Assembly (NCBI GenBank): GCA_027001995.1
Contig: JALTLO010000111.1
Location: 1 to 31,914, forward strand
Length of the DNA stretch: 31,914 nt
Reading direction: 5' to 3'
Origin: Planctomycetota bacterium
GTDB taxonomy: Bacteria > Planctomycetota > GCA-002687715 > DRQF01
The notes under the pieces are model-generated. The model was not told the origin of the DNA and did no database searches. It saw nothing but the letters and a program-made list of their open reading frames with translations. This document shows, one piece after another, positions 9,318-18,016 of the stretch (positions are counted from its first letter, which is position 1; each line of letters starts with the position of its first letter). Made by a program: the position numbers and the translations under genes.

Positions 9318-9951
9318 AGACGCAAACAAGAGTGTGGGAGTATCGGTTCAAGTAACGATCAATATTGGGATATCGAAGGCGACGCAGGGCATTCAAAACG
9401 AAGAACCTCGGCTTCTCCAAAACAAGCATACTTTCCATCGTCAAGCCAAATCGTTGCTCTTGGCCAAGGAGAAAATCACGTGCTTCTGTGTAACTGAAGA
9501 ACCAACGATGGCGATCACCCGGAGGGTCGAGGGGCAATCCATAGTGTTTGAAAGAGCCTTTCCCCCGCTGAATTCTCATGCGGGCTGCGTTCCAATTGTT
9601 GGGCAAAGAGATCAGGATTCTCTTGCGACTTACCCGAACCAACTCAGCAAACACCTGGTGAAGATTATCTAGATGCTCAAGAACATCTGTGCATACAACT
9701 GTGTCAAATGAGGCATCATCAAAGGGCAAAGGTCCATCACTTTGAAGATCGTGATGAACGTCAGCCTCTGGGGAGCGATCAACCCCGGTATAGTGAGCGG
9801 CCCCAACGAAATCCCTCAGCACAGCCCGATCACATCCAACGTCTAAAATCGTCCCCTCAAAGACATGATCGAACTTCTGACTCATGAATCGAGGGCGATC
9901 CTGTCGGCTAGCAAACTGAACAAAGATGCGCTCTATGTGTGGCTTGACCAT
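9307..9951 (-). CDS. Class I SAM-dependent methyltransferase (Methyltransf_11-like)
   Basis: ILDVGC motif I; LPFDDASFDTVVCTDVLEHL; ISLPN. Start taken at ATG 9951 (GGGG upstream); 9885 is an alternative. Confidence 0.85.
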   Translation of the reverse strand: MVKPHIERIFVQFASRQDRPRFMSQKFDHVFEGTILDVGCDRAVLRDFVGAAHYTGVDRSPEADVHHDLQSDGPLPFDDASFDTVVCTDVLEHLDNLHQVFAELVRVSRKRILISLPNNWNAARMRIQRGKGSFKHYGLPLDPPGDRHRWFFSYTEARDFLLGQEQRFGLTMESMLVLEKPRFFVLNALRRLRYPNIDRYLNRYSHTLVCVYEI

Positions 9952-10270
9952 ACCCCGTCTTAGCCCTGTTAGGCCGATCGCGCAAGCTCTCAAGCGACAA
10001 GATGGGGCCGACGAGCAGGTTCAAGGAGCGAGAGACCTCCCTTCATCCCCGAAGAGGCCCCTAAGAGAGCAGAAACCAATGCCAGTTCCGATTACAAGGG
10101 AGCATAAATATCCAATAGCGATGACCCCATCCAGATGAATTGAGGAGAAGAAGTTAGCTCAAGTTATCAGGTACGAAAATCGGATAAACGAGGAGGCAAT
10201 CTTCCTTTTCAAGGAGGCAATAGGGGGCCTCCATCGCCCTCTTGCCAGCTTGAACAATTAGGAGCAGTAC

Positions 10271-11740
10271 ATGGGCATTCGATCGATATTCATTCTCTTG
10301 ATGATCACCGTGGCAAGCCCATGGGGGTTCTCTCAAAGCCCCCACGGTATCGTCATCAACGAGGTGTTTACCGGAAGTCCAGACTGGATCGAAATCCGCA
10401 ATTTCTCTGGGGCCACCCAAGACATCAGCGGTTGGCAGATCGAAGCCAGCTTCGCCTACACCAACTATCCGACTTTCACTTTTCCCCCAGGGACGCAAAT
10501 CGCCCCAGGGCAAGCAATCGTTGTGGTTGAGAACTCCAACCCTACCCCCTTCGGAATCAATCCCCCCCCCATCGGCACTCTCATATTCAATACTCACTTT
10601 GGCTATGGCTGGATCGGCACCAGCTCCGGGGCTGTGGTGTTAGTTGACAATAACTACCAATTGGAGGACTGGGTGGCATTCGGAACCACAGGATTCCTCG
10701 TTCCTCCTGGAGCAGCCAACTCCACATTCTTGAACCCGGTCGATCGTTTGGCCAACAATCCTTCCACCGGGAACGCCCTCTTTCGCACCCGAGCCAGTGA
10801 CCACGACGATGGCAGCGACTGGGGTCAAAGCTCTGACGGCGCCGCCACTCCTGGTATGCCCAATCCGGGACAAAGCACGGGTCCTCAACCGATCGCTTCT
10901 CTCGTTTTATCTCCCAACACGGGTATCGTCTCCACTGATCCCAATACCAATGCGGTCCAGATTGGAGCCAACATCACAGGCATTATTCTCGACGATGGAC
11001 GAGAGATCAGCGACCCCAATTGGGATGTCATTATTGGCGGAAATATCACCTTAACTGCCACCGCTGTGACCCCCACGACCTCCGACTTCAGCAATCTCAT
11101 TTGGACCCAGTCTTTGGGCAAGATCACAGCTCTAAACGGGGAATTCCTCAGTCTCAACGGAATTGTGGCAGCGGAGAGCAACAAAGAATTCACCCTTGCG
11201 GGGCCCTTAGGAACAGAGCCTCGTGGGCAAAGATCCATGAGTACCCGCTCCTTGGCTACGACCAGTATCAGTGGCCCCACATCTGCCGCCCTGAATCAGC
11301 TCCAGTTGGCATTGCAATTTACCCGCATTCATTTCGTCGTACGGTTCGAGATGGGCGGTGCGCGGCTGACTGGTATTGCTTTGAAGAATTTATCGGCCGC
11401 CCCATTGAGTTCTGCCATGGCGAATTCCGGTTCGGGCAGTCTTCAAGTAGGGGTCGTGGGTGCAACTCAAAGCGAAATCTACAATGTCTTCGTGATTAAT
11501 CCGAGTCATGCTACCGGGGCGGGACCGGTTTATGGCATCACTTGGGGCAATTTTCAGTGGCAACAAGTTCTTACGCCACTCGGTACGATGCCCTACCACG
11601 TAACCCCTTCAGGCGACGGGACCTATTTCTTCGAATCTCCTCCGGGAATCATACCCCCAGGTATTTGGCTTGACTTCGTCGCCATCGAAGTCGTCAATCA
11701 GGTTCCCGTCTTTTCAGAACCTTGCCGGGTTTTCTTCTAA
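10271..11740 (+). CDS. Secreted lamin-tail-domain (LTD) protein with further uncharacterised beta-rich domains
   Basis: AGGAG RBS; signal peptide. LTD signature IVINEV...DWIEIRN...DISGWQI...FTFPPGTQIAPGQAIVV, closing with ATPGMPN. Confidence 0.85.
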   Translation: MGIRSIFILLMITVASPWGFSQSPHGIVINEVFTGSPDWIEIRNFSGATQDISGWQIEASFAYTNYPTFTFPPGTQIAPGQAIVVVENSNPTPFGINPPPIGTLIFNTHFGYGWIGTSSGAVVLVDNNYQLEDWVAFGTTGFLVPPGAANSTFLNPVDRLANNPSTGNALFRTRASDHDDGSDWGQSSDGAATPGMPNPGQSTGPQPIASLVLSPNTGIVSTDPNTNAVQIGANITGIILDDGREISDPNWDVIIGGNITLTATAVTPTTSDFSNLIWTQSLGKITALNGEFLSLNGIVAAESNKEFTLAGPLGTEPRGQRSMSTRSLATTSISGPTSAALNQLQLALQFTRIHFVVRFEMGGARLTGIALKNLSAAPLSSAMANSGSGSLQVGVVGATQSEIYNVFVINPSHATGAGPVYGITWGNFQWQQVLTPLGTMPYHVTPSGDGTYFFESPPGIIPPGIWLDFVAIEVVNQVPVFSEPCRVFF

Positions 11741-11858
11741 ACCTCAATGGACTCAATCCTGGGAGATTCCATGTTTGCCATTCTCTCGCTCATAGCGCAT
11801 CATGTTTGAAGAGGGGTAATGGCCCCCAAAAACACGGTCACTATGGGAACCCTAACGT

Positions 11859-13295
11859 TTGCTCTTTAGCTCACTCGATTTCGCATGGTTCCTCCCCTTG
11901 GTGCTTTTCCTCTATTGGGTTGTCGCCAAAACCATCAAGGCCCAGAACCTTCTGCTCCTCGGAGCCAGCTATGTGTTCTATGGTTGGTGGGATCCACGTT
12001 TCTTAGGGCTCATCGCCTTCAGCTCCTTGATTGACTTTGGTGTAGGCCTTGGTTTAGAAAAGACTCAAAACAAGAAGAAAAGACGCCTGCTTTTGGGAGT
12101 CAGTTTAGCGAGCAACTTGGGTCTTCTGACGTTCTTTAAGTACTTCAATTTTTTCGTGGATAGCTTCATAGACGCATTCGCTTTCTTTGGCTACCAAGTT
12201 CACGGACCGAGCCTCGGTGTCATTTTACCTGTGGGTATCAGCTTCTACACCTTCCAAACGTTAAGCTATTCGATTGACATCTATCGCCAAGAAATCAAAC
12301 CAACCCGGGACTTTGTTGCCTTCTTCGCCTTTGTCAGTTTCTTCCCCCAACTTGTTGCTGGTCCCATCGAAAGAGCCAAGAATCTTCTGCCTCAGTTCCA
12401 ATCCAGAAGGTCCTGCTCAAGGGCTTTGGCCGTGGACGGATTGCGCCAGATCCTCTGGGGTCTCTTCAAGAAAATCGTGATTGCCGACAATTGCGCGCTC
12501 ATCGTCGACCAAATCTTTGCTCATCAAGATGATTGTGCCGGGAGCACCCTGTGGCTGGGAGCGCTTCTTTTTACCATTCAAATCTACGGCGATTTCTCTG
12601 GTTATTCAGACGTGGCCATCGGCACTGCGAAGCTCTTTGGCTTTCGTTTGATGCGCAACTTCGCCACCCCCTTTTTCGCCAGAAACATGGCAGAGTTTTG
12701 GCGGCGCTGGCACATCTCCCTTTCAACCTGGTTTCGCGACTATGTCTACATTCCCTTAGGGGGAAGCCGGGGGACAAAGGCAACCCTAATTCGCAACATT
12801 GTCATTGTCTTCCTCTTGAGCGGGCTTTGGCATGGCGCCAAGTGGACTTTTGTCGTCTGGGGAGGAGCCCATGCCCTGCTTTACCTTCCCCAGATTCTCC
12901 TCAGGAGAAGAGAAACTCCTGGAGCTACCCTCAATGAGAGAAGCTTTTCATCCAGCATCAAAGAGATCATGGGCATCGCTTTGACCTTCACTTGCGTTGT
13001 CCTGACTTTTGTCTTCTTTCGCTCGGAGAGTTTAAGGCAAGCCGTGAGCTATTTGAAAACTATGTTTTCAGTCTCCGCGTTTCACGCTCTTGAAGCCAGC
13101 CCAGAAACTCTGCTCACCTGGATGCTCACGCTGACTTTCTTAGGAGAGTGGCTACAACGAGAGAAAGAACACACCCTTCAATTGGACGCCAAATGGATGC
13201 CTCAGGCTTTTCGCTGGAGCGTCTACTACGGCATCATCACCATGATTCTCTTGTTGGGCGGTCGAGAGCAGGAATTCATCTACTTTCAGTTTTGA
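11859..13295 (+). CDS. MBOAT family O-acyltransferase (AlgI/PatA/DltB-like)
   Basis: TTG start MLFSS. Motifs LPVGISFYTFQTLSY, FFPQLVAGPIER, GLFKKIVIAD, QIYGDFSGYSD, EFWRRWHISLSTWFRDYVYIPLGG, SGLWHGA (catalytic His), terminal FIYFQF. Confidence 0.93.
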   Translation: MLFSSLDFAWFLPLVLFLYWVVAKTIKAQNLLLLGASYVFYGWWDPRFLGLIAFSSLIDFGVGLGLEKTQNKKKRRLLLGVSLASNLGLLTFFKYFNFFVDSFIDAFAFFGYQVHGPSLGVILPVGISFYTFQTLSYSIDIYRQEIKPTRDFVAFFAFVSFFPQLVAGPIERAKNLLPQFQSRRSCSRALAVDGLRQILWGLFKKIVIADNCALIVDQIFAHQDDCAGSTLWLGALLFTIQIYGDFSGYSDVAIGTAKLFGFRLMRNFATPFFARNMAEFWRRWHISLSTWFRDYVYIPLGGSRGTKATLIRNIVIVFLLSGLWHGAKWTFVVWGGAHALLYLPQILLRRRETPGATLNERSFSSSIKEIMGIALTFTCVVLTFVFFRSESLRQAVSYLKTMFSVSAFHALEASPETLLTWMLTLTFLGEWLQREKEHTLQLDAKWMPQAFRWSVYYGIITMILLLGGREQEFIYFQF

Positions 13296-13318
13296 ATCTC
13301 CGCTGGCCCCTTCCCTGC

Positions 13319-14785
13319 CTACCTTCTGCTGGCCTTTGGAGCGTTGTGCTTCAAAGTCTCCTCCAAGTCAGCCACGATGTAAAGCATGGTCGCCATGCAG
13401 GCGGCCCCTAACTCCAGTTCTCGTTCGTTAACGCTGGCAAAGACGTCGTTTCTGGAATGATGGAGATCAAAATACCGGTGACTGTCTGGGTGATAGCCCA
13501 TGAGGATGACCCCTGATGCACCCATGGGAGAAATGTCTGCTCCCCCACCCCCAGCGATGACTTTTCCGGCCCCGGCATTCACTAAGAGCTTGGCGATCTC
13601 TTCCAAGATCACCCGAGCTTCCTTGTCCGCATTGGTGGTGAAACCTCGAGGAGTGAATCCACCGCTGTCGGACTCTAAGGCCAGAACATGCTTATCCATT
13701 TCATTTAAGTGGGCTTTGTAATAAGCCCGGCCCCCGCGCAAGCCATTCTCCTCATTCATGAAGAGTACACACCGAATCGTTCGCTTGGGTTTGTAACCCA
13801 TCTCTTTGATCAACCGGAGAGCTTCCACTGAATGCATGCACCCAGCTCCATCGTCATGGGCACCATCTCCCGTAGTCCAAGCGTCCAAATGCCCGCCGAC
13901 CACCAAGATCTCTTCAGACTTACTGCTGCCTTTGATCTCGCCAATGACGTTGTAGGACAACTCATCCTTGAACCACTGACTGTCAAGTTTCAAACAAAGA
14001 GAGACTTTCTTGCCTTTCTTCAGAAGAGCAGACAGACGATCGGCTCCCAGCATGCTGACAGCACCAGCGGGAATTTTCTTAACGCCGTCCTGATAGTTCA
14101 TGGCTCCAGTGTGGGGGGCATCGTCACTCTTCGACGAAACAGAACGAATCACCACAGCCACAGCACCCACCTTACTTGCTTCCACGGCCCCTCGGGATCG
14201 CTGACGAACGGCCCCACCATAGGCCTGGCCAGTGGACAACAAAGTCATGTCCATGGGGCGATTGAAAAAGACAATCTTGCCTTTCGCTTGATCAGCCTTC
14301 TTGCGCAATTCACCAATGCTCTGGACTTCGAGGATCTCGGCGGTGATCCCTTCTAAAGGAGTGGGAACGCTTCCTCCCAGTGGCGTGAAGGGCAAAGAGG
14401 TGGACTCTGCGTTGGCGGGAGATGTCACTCTTAAGGAGGGGTGAGTCCCAGGTTCCCAATGAGGCACCATCACCTCTTCCAAGTGCACGTTGTCAAACTC
14501 AAGGCGTTCCATGAGTTGCTTAGCCCAGATGACGGCGGCGGCAGCGCCTGGAGATCCGGAGACCCGTTTCGGCACCTTCTGACACATTTCACGCAAATGT
14601 TCATAGGCCTGCCCACGCTTCAATGAGGTGCGAATCATTTCTCGAACGCGGGTGCGATAACCACGGACTTCCTTGATAACATCCGACACGGGCTCTTTTT
14701 CTTTTTCGCGGTGCAATTGCGCCGAGCAAAAAGGCGTCAATCCAACAACAACCAAAAGAACAAAAAAGAAATTCAAGAATCGCAT
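13319..14785 (-). CDS. Secreted M28 metallopeptidase (carboxypeptidase Q-like, with PA domain)
   Basis: Zn-ligand motifs GGHLDAW, GAHDDGAG, NEENGLRG, LESDSG, YFDLHHS. Signal peptide from ATG 14785 (track start 14827). Confidence 0.9.
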   Translation of the reverse strand: MRFLNFFFVLLVVVGLTPFCSAQLHREKEKEPVSDVIKEVRGYRTRVREMIRTSLKRGQAYEHLREMCQKVPKRVSGSPGAAAAVIWAKQLMERLEFDNVHLEEVMVPHWEPGTHPSLRVTSPANAESTSLPFTPLGGSVPTPLEGITAEILEVQSIGELRKKADQAKGKIVFFNRPMDMTLLSTGQAYGGAVRQRSRGAVEASKVGAVAVVIRSVSSKSDDAPHTGAMNYQDGVKKIPAGAVSMLGADRLSALLKKGKKVSLCLKLDSQWFKDELSYNVIGEIKGSSKSEEILVVGGHLDAWTTGDGAHDDGAGCMHSVEALRLIKEMGYKPKRTIRCVLFMNEENGLRGGRAYYKAHLNEMDKHVLALESDSGGFTPRGFTTNADKEARVILEEIAKLLVNAGAGKVIAGGGGADISPMGASGVILMGYHPDSHRYFDLHHSRNDVFASVNERELELGAACMATMLYIVADLEETLKHNAPKASRR

Positions 14786-14839
14786 GGGTGAGAGTCCTAA
14801 TCGATTTGCAAGGCCAATAATCATCAAAACAACGAAGAC

Positions 14840-14874
14840 AAAAAGCAGGAGCGAGTCTTAGAAAACCCACTCCC
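14840..14874 (-). terminator. Probable intrinsic terminator after the C1 peptidase gene
   Basis: Minus-strand RNA GGAGUGGGUUU-ucua-AGACUCGCUCC (G-U pairs work on this strand) followed by UGCUUUUU, about 11 nt after the stop at 14885. Confidence 0.55.
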
Positions 14875-14884
14875 ACCTCAAGTC

Positions 14885-16024
14885 CTATAGCTTGAATTGT
14901 TTCTTGATGTCCGCGGTCAAACCATCTTTGTGAACCATGAAAGACAGCATTTTAGCAGCGACATAGTTGGCTGACATGAAAATGTAACCGTTGTAAGGGC
15001 CGACTCTCTTGCCCCAAGAGTTCTTCGTGAGATACCAAGTTTTGCCATCCTTATCTTTGGCCATGCCAACGATGTGCATGAGGTGGTCATCGGAGGTCTT
15101 GCCGTTTTTGAACATCTCCAGGCGCCATTTGTCAGTGACACCATTTTTCTCAATCTCTTCAGGCATGGCAGCCACACCTTTGCGGGCATTGAAGCCCCGT
15201 TCTGAGACATCCATATCAGCAGCGATGGAATAGCCATGGGAAACAGCGTGATCGATAGCCGCCATCATCTGTTTCACCGTAACATTGAGGTAGTTGGAAT
15301 CGTGATACCAGTTGTCTTGAACGGTGAGTTCAGCACGTTTGCCGAAATCGCCGTAACCAAAGGACATCACCTCGACGTAGTCGTCATAGGGCACCTTGAG
15401 AATCTCATCAGCGTACTGCTTGGGTGTCACCATGCGATCGCCGACTTTGAAGGTCTTTGGAAGCTCCCCAAGGTAAGCACTCAAGACACCGCGGAACGCC
15501 CCTTCCATCTTGGCCGAAACCCGCTTCACTCTTCCGGGCCTAAGCTTCTTGGGAGCTTTGCCAGCATAGGCTTTCGCCATGGCAATAATCACTCTCTCCA
15601 ATTCACTGTGCCCGTGCCCTTTTTCTCCTGGGAGAATGCCTGCATAGGCAGACTGAGGCACGATGCCATACTTCTTGATGATCATCATGATGTCATGGGA
15701 GAGGCCACCTTGACTCAGCTGGGACTTGCCATAATGACGGATGTAGCGTTTCCCTTTTTCAAGAAAGGTGAAGTAGACTGGATAGATCTCTGAGAGATCC
15801 ACTGGCTTGCCATTGATGCGCTCCAATTCCGACTCCAGGTAAGACATGGTGGCGAAGGACCAACAGGTGCCGGTATTTCCTTGGTTCAGCACTTCTTGGC
15901 GCCCCACCTCTTTGATGATGCTGAACTTTCCGTCGTCGGTCTTGGGGAATCCATCACCCTGAGCCAAGAGCGGAGCGGCCAACAGGGCAAGAAGAGCAAG
16001 GAAGTGGGTCATTTTTTGAAACAT
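14885..16024 (-). CDS. Secreted C1-family cysteine aminopeptidase (PepC/bleomycin hydrolase-like)
   Basis: NQGNTGTCWSF (catalytic Cys), DDHLMHIVG (His), TKNSWG (Asn). Signal peptide from ATG 16024 with AAGGA upstream. Confidence 0.9.
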   Translation of the reverse strand: MFQKMTHFLALLALLAAPLLAQGDGFPKTDDGKFSIIKEVGRQEVLNQGNTGTCWSFATMSYLESELERINGKPVDLSEIYPVYFTFLEKGKRYIRHYGKSQLSQGGLSHDIMMIIKKYGIVPQSAYAGILPGEKGHGHSELERVIIAMAKAYAGKAPKKLRPGRVKRVSAKMEGAFRGVLSAYLGELPKTFKVGDRMVTPKQYADEILKVPYDDYVEVMSFGYGDFGKRAELTVQDNWYHDSNYLNVTVKQMMAAIDHAVSHGYSIAADMDVSERGFNARKGVAAMPEEIEKNGVTDKWRLEMFKNGKTSDDHLMHIVGMAKDKDGKTWYLTKNSWGKRVGPYNGYIFMSANYVAAKMLSFMVHKDGLTADIKKQFKL

Positions 16025-16104
16025 CAAACGAGATCCTTTCAGGTCAAAATGGCATTCTGTCCGCACCTTAGCATACTGTCTGAGAACCGAAACGAGGAGG
16101 TTCC

Positions 16105-17001
16105 ATGCCTGTAAAGACACTGCATGTCATCGACGGCACCGCAACATTGTTCCGTACCTATTTTGGCATGAACAAAGTACAAGCACCGGATGGGCGCGAG
16201 GTGGGCGGCTTGCTCGGATTTGGGCAAGCCCTGGCACGTTTTGTACGGGAAGTCGGCCCCCAATACGTCTCTTTGGTATTCGATGGCCCGGAGAAGACTT
16301 TTCGTCACGACATATTTCCCGAGTACAAAGCCAATCGTTCCGCTCCTCCCGAGGACATGGAGCACCAGTTCTCCCTGGCCGTGGACATAGCTAAAGCTCT
16401 GGGGTTTCCATGCTTCCACGCCTTGGGTTTCGAAGCCGACGATCTCATGGCCACCATGGCCAAACGTGCCAAGGAAGCGGACATCAAGACCGTCCTGGTG
16501 ACACCAGACAAAGACGTCCACCAAGTCATCGGACCGAATATCTACGTCATGGATCCCAAGACCTTTCAATTGATCGACAAAAACAGGGTCATTGAGCGCT
16601 TTGGCATCAAACCCGAGAATTTGGTCGATTTCTTGGCTCTTGCAGGTGACAGCACGGACAACGTCCCTGGCGTGCGCGGTGTCGGGCCTAAGACCGCCAG
16701 CGCTCTTGTGTCCGCCTTGGGCAGTTTGGACTCGATCTACAACCGCCTGGAGGACGTCTGCGCCTTACCCATCCGGGGTGCGAAATCCGTGGCGAAGAAA
16801 TTGGTCGACCACAGGGAAGACGCATTCCTCAGTTTGGAGCTCGTGACACTGCGAAAGGATGTTCCCATGTCTGAAGAGATGCTCAATCTGAAATTCTTGC
16901 GTTACACCGGCCCAGAAGCAAACGCCGACTCTCTCTTCGATTCTCTGGGGTTTCACGCCCCCTTGCGCAACCTCCGCGGTCTCTGCAACTTGGACACATG
17001 A
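16105..17001 (+). CDS. Stand-alone 5'-3' exonuclease / flap endonuclease (PolA N-terminal-like)
   Basis: GAGGAGG RBS. Motifs VIDG, LVFD, TFRHDIFPEYKANR, GFEADD, TPDKD, GDSTDNVPGVRGVGPKTA (H3TH). Stops at 298 aa with no polymerase domain. Confidence 0.92.
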   Translation: MPVKTLHVIDGTATLFRTYFGMNKVQAPDGREVGGLLGFGQALARFVREVGPQYVSLVFDGPEKTFRHDIFPEYKANRSAPPEDMEHQFSLAVDIAKALGFPCFHALGFEADDLMATMAKRAKEADIKTVLVTPDKDVHQVIGPNIYVMDPKTFQLIDKNRVIERFGIKPENLVDFLALAGDSTDNVPGVRGVGPKTASALVSALGSLDSIYNRLEDVCALPIRGAKSVAKKLVDHREDAFLSLELVTLRKDVPMSEEMLNLKFLRYTGPEANADSLFDSLGFHAPLRNLRGLCNLDT

Positions 17002-17059
17002 GACAATTTCCCCTGGGGAAGTCAGTTGAAGCGGGCTGCTGGGCGTCTCATACTGTCCC

Positions 17060-18016
17060 ATGGACAAGCTCGAAATCTGGACCCGTCGGTCCATCATTGC
17101 CGTTCTCTTAGTCATCACAGCAGGAGCCGTCGTGCGGGCAACGGGGTCAGGCTTGGGCTGCCCAGATTGGCCCCGATGTTTCGGGCAGTGGGTCCCCCCC
17201 ACAGATGCTACAGAGATCGATTCAAGCTATTTGGCCCACGGCGAAGTGGCCAATATCGCCAAGACTTGGACTGAATACGGCAATCGCCTCATTGGTGTAC
17301 TCGTTGGCTTCATCATGCTTTACACCATGATTTTGGCCTGGCGCGTCTCCCGGAGCAACAAGCGAGTCCTCTATTGGATCACCGGAGCAGCTCTGCTCAT
17401 CCCAGTCCAAGCCATTCAAGGGGGGATGGTTGTCAAACGCCATCTCGATCCTCGCTTGGTCACTGTTCACTTCATCTTGGCCCTGGTCATCTTGGGCCTC
17501 TTGGTGCGCGCCTACCTGGCCATGCGCTCCGGCCATACGACCCCCAAGGGGTTTCTGTCTCCTGAAGCCCAACCACGAAAGATGGCTTTCTGGGCCCGCC
17601 TTGCCATGGGGCTCACTGCTATTCAGGTGGTCCTCGGAGCATTAGTCAGGGGCAGCATCGAAATCGTTGTAGCCGAGTCTGAAGCGGGACTCCCGAGAGG
17701 AGAATGGCTCGGCCGGGTTGGCCTCATCGATTGGATTCATCGGGATGCAGCCGTTCTCATTACCTTCTTGGTGGTCAACCTCGCCTGGAAGCTCAAGCGA
17801 TCGGGATGCCAGGAGAAGGTTCTACTGCGTTCCGCCAGTCTTGCCGTGGGCTTGGTCGTCCTTCAGTGCTTAGCAGGAGTCGTCATGGCCTACGGGGATT
17901 TACCACCATCATTCCAGGTCATTCACATCACCTTGGCAACTTGGCTCATGACCGCTCTGTTCTTTCAGGAACGCCTCTTGGCCGCCGAGTGCGAGCTCCA
18001 GCAGCAAGGGGCCTAA
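17060..18016 (+). CDS. ctaA: Heme A synthase, COX15/CtaA family
   Basis: GAVVRATGSGLGCPDWPRCFG, WTEYGNR, VTVHF, WIHR, QVIHI; about 8 hydrophobic helices. Confidence 0.88.
   Translation: MDKLEIWTRRSIIAVLLVITAGAVVRATGSGLGCPDWPRCFGQWVPPTDATEIDSSYLAHGEVANIAKTWTEYGNRLIGVLVGFIMLYTMILAWRVSRSNKRVLYWITGAALLIPVQAIQGGMVVKRHLDPRLVTVHFILALVILGLLVRAYLAMRSGHTTPKGFLSPEAQPRKMAFWARLAMGLTAIQVVLGALVRGSIEIVVAESEAGLPRGEWLGRVGLIDWIHRDAAVLITFLVVNLAWKLKRSGCQEKVLLRSASLAVGLVVLQCLAGVVMAYGDLPPSFQVIHITLATWLMTALFFQERLLAAECELQQQGA

Noticed and set aside
16105..17001. Truncated polA pseudogene
   Set aside because: Strong RBS, intact acidic active-site motifs, and no polymerase remnant after the stop; stand-alone bacterial FENs are well known.
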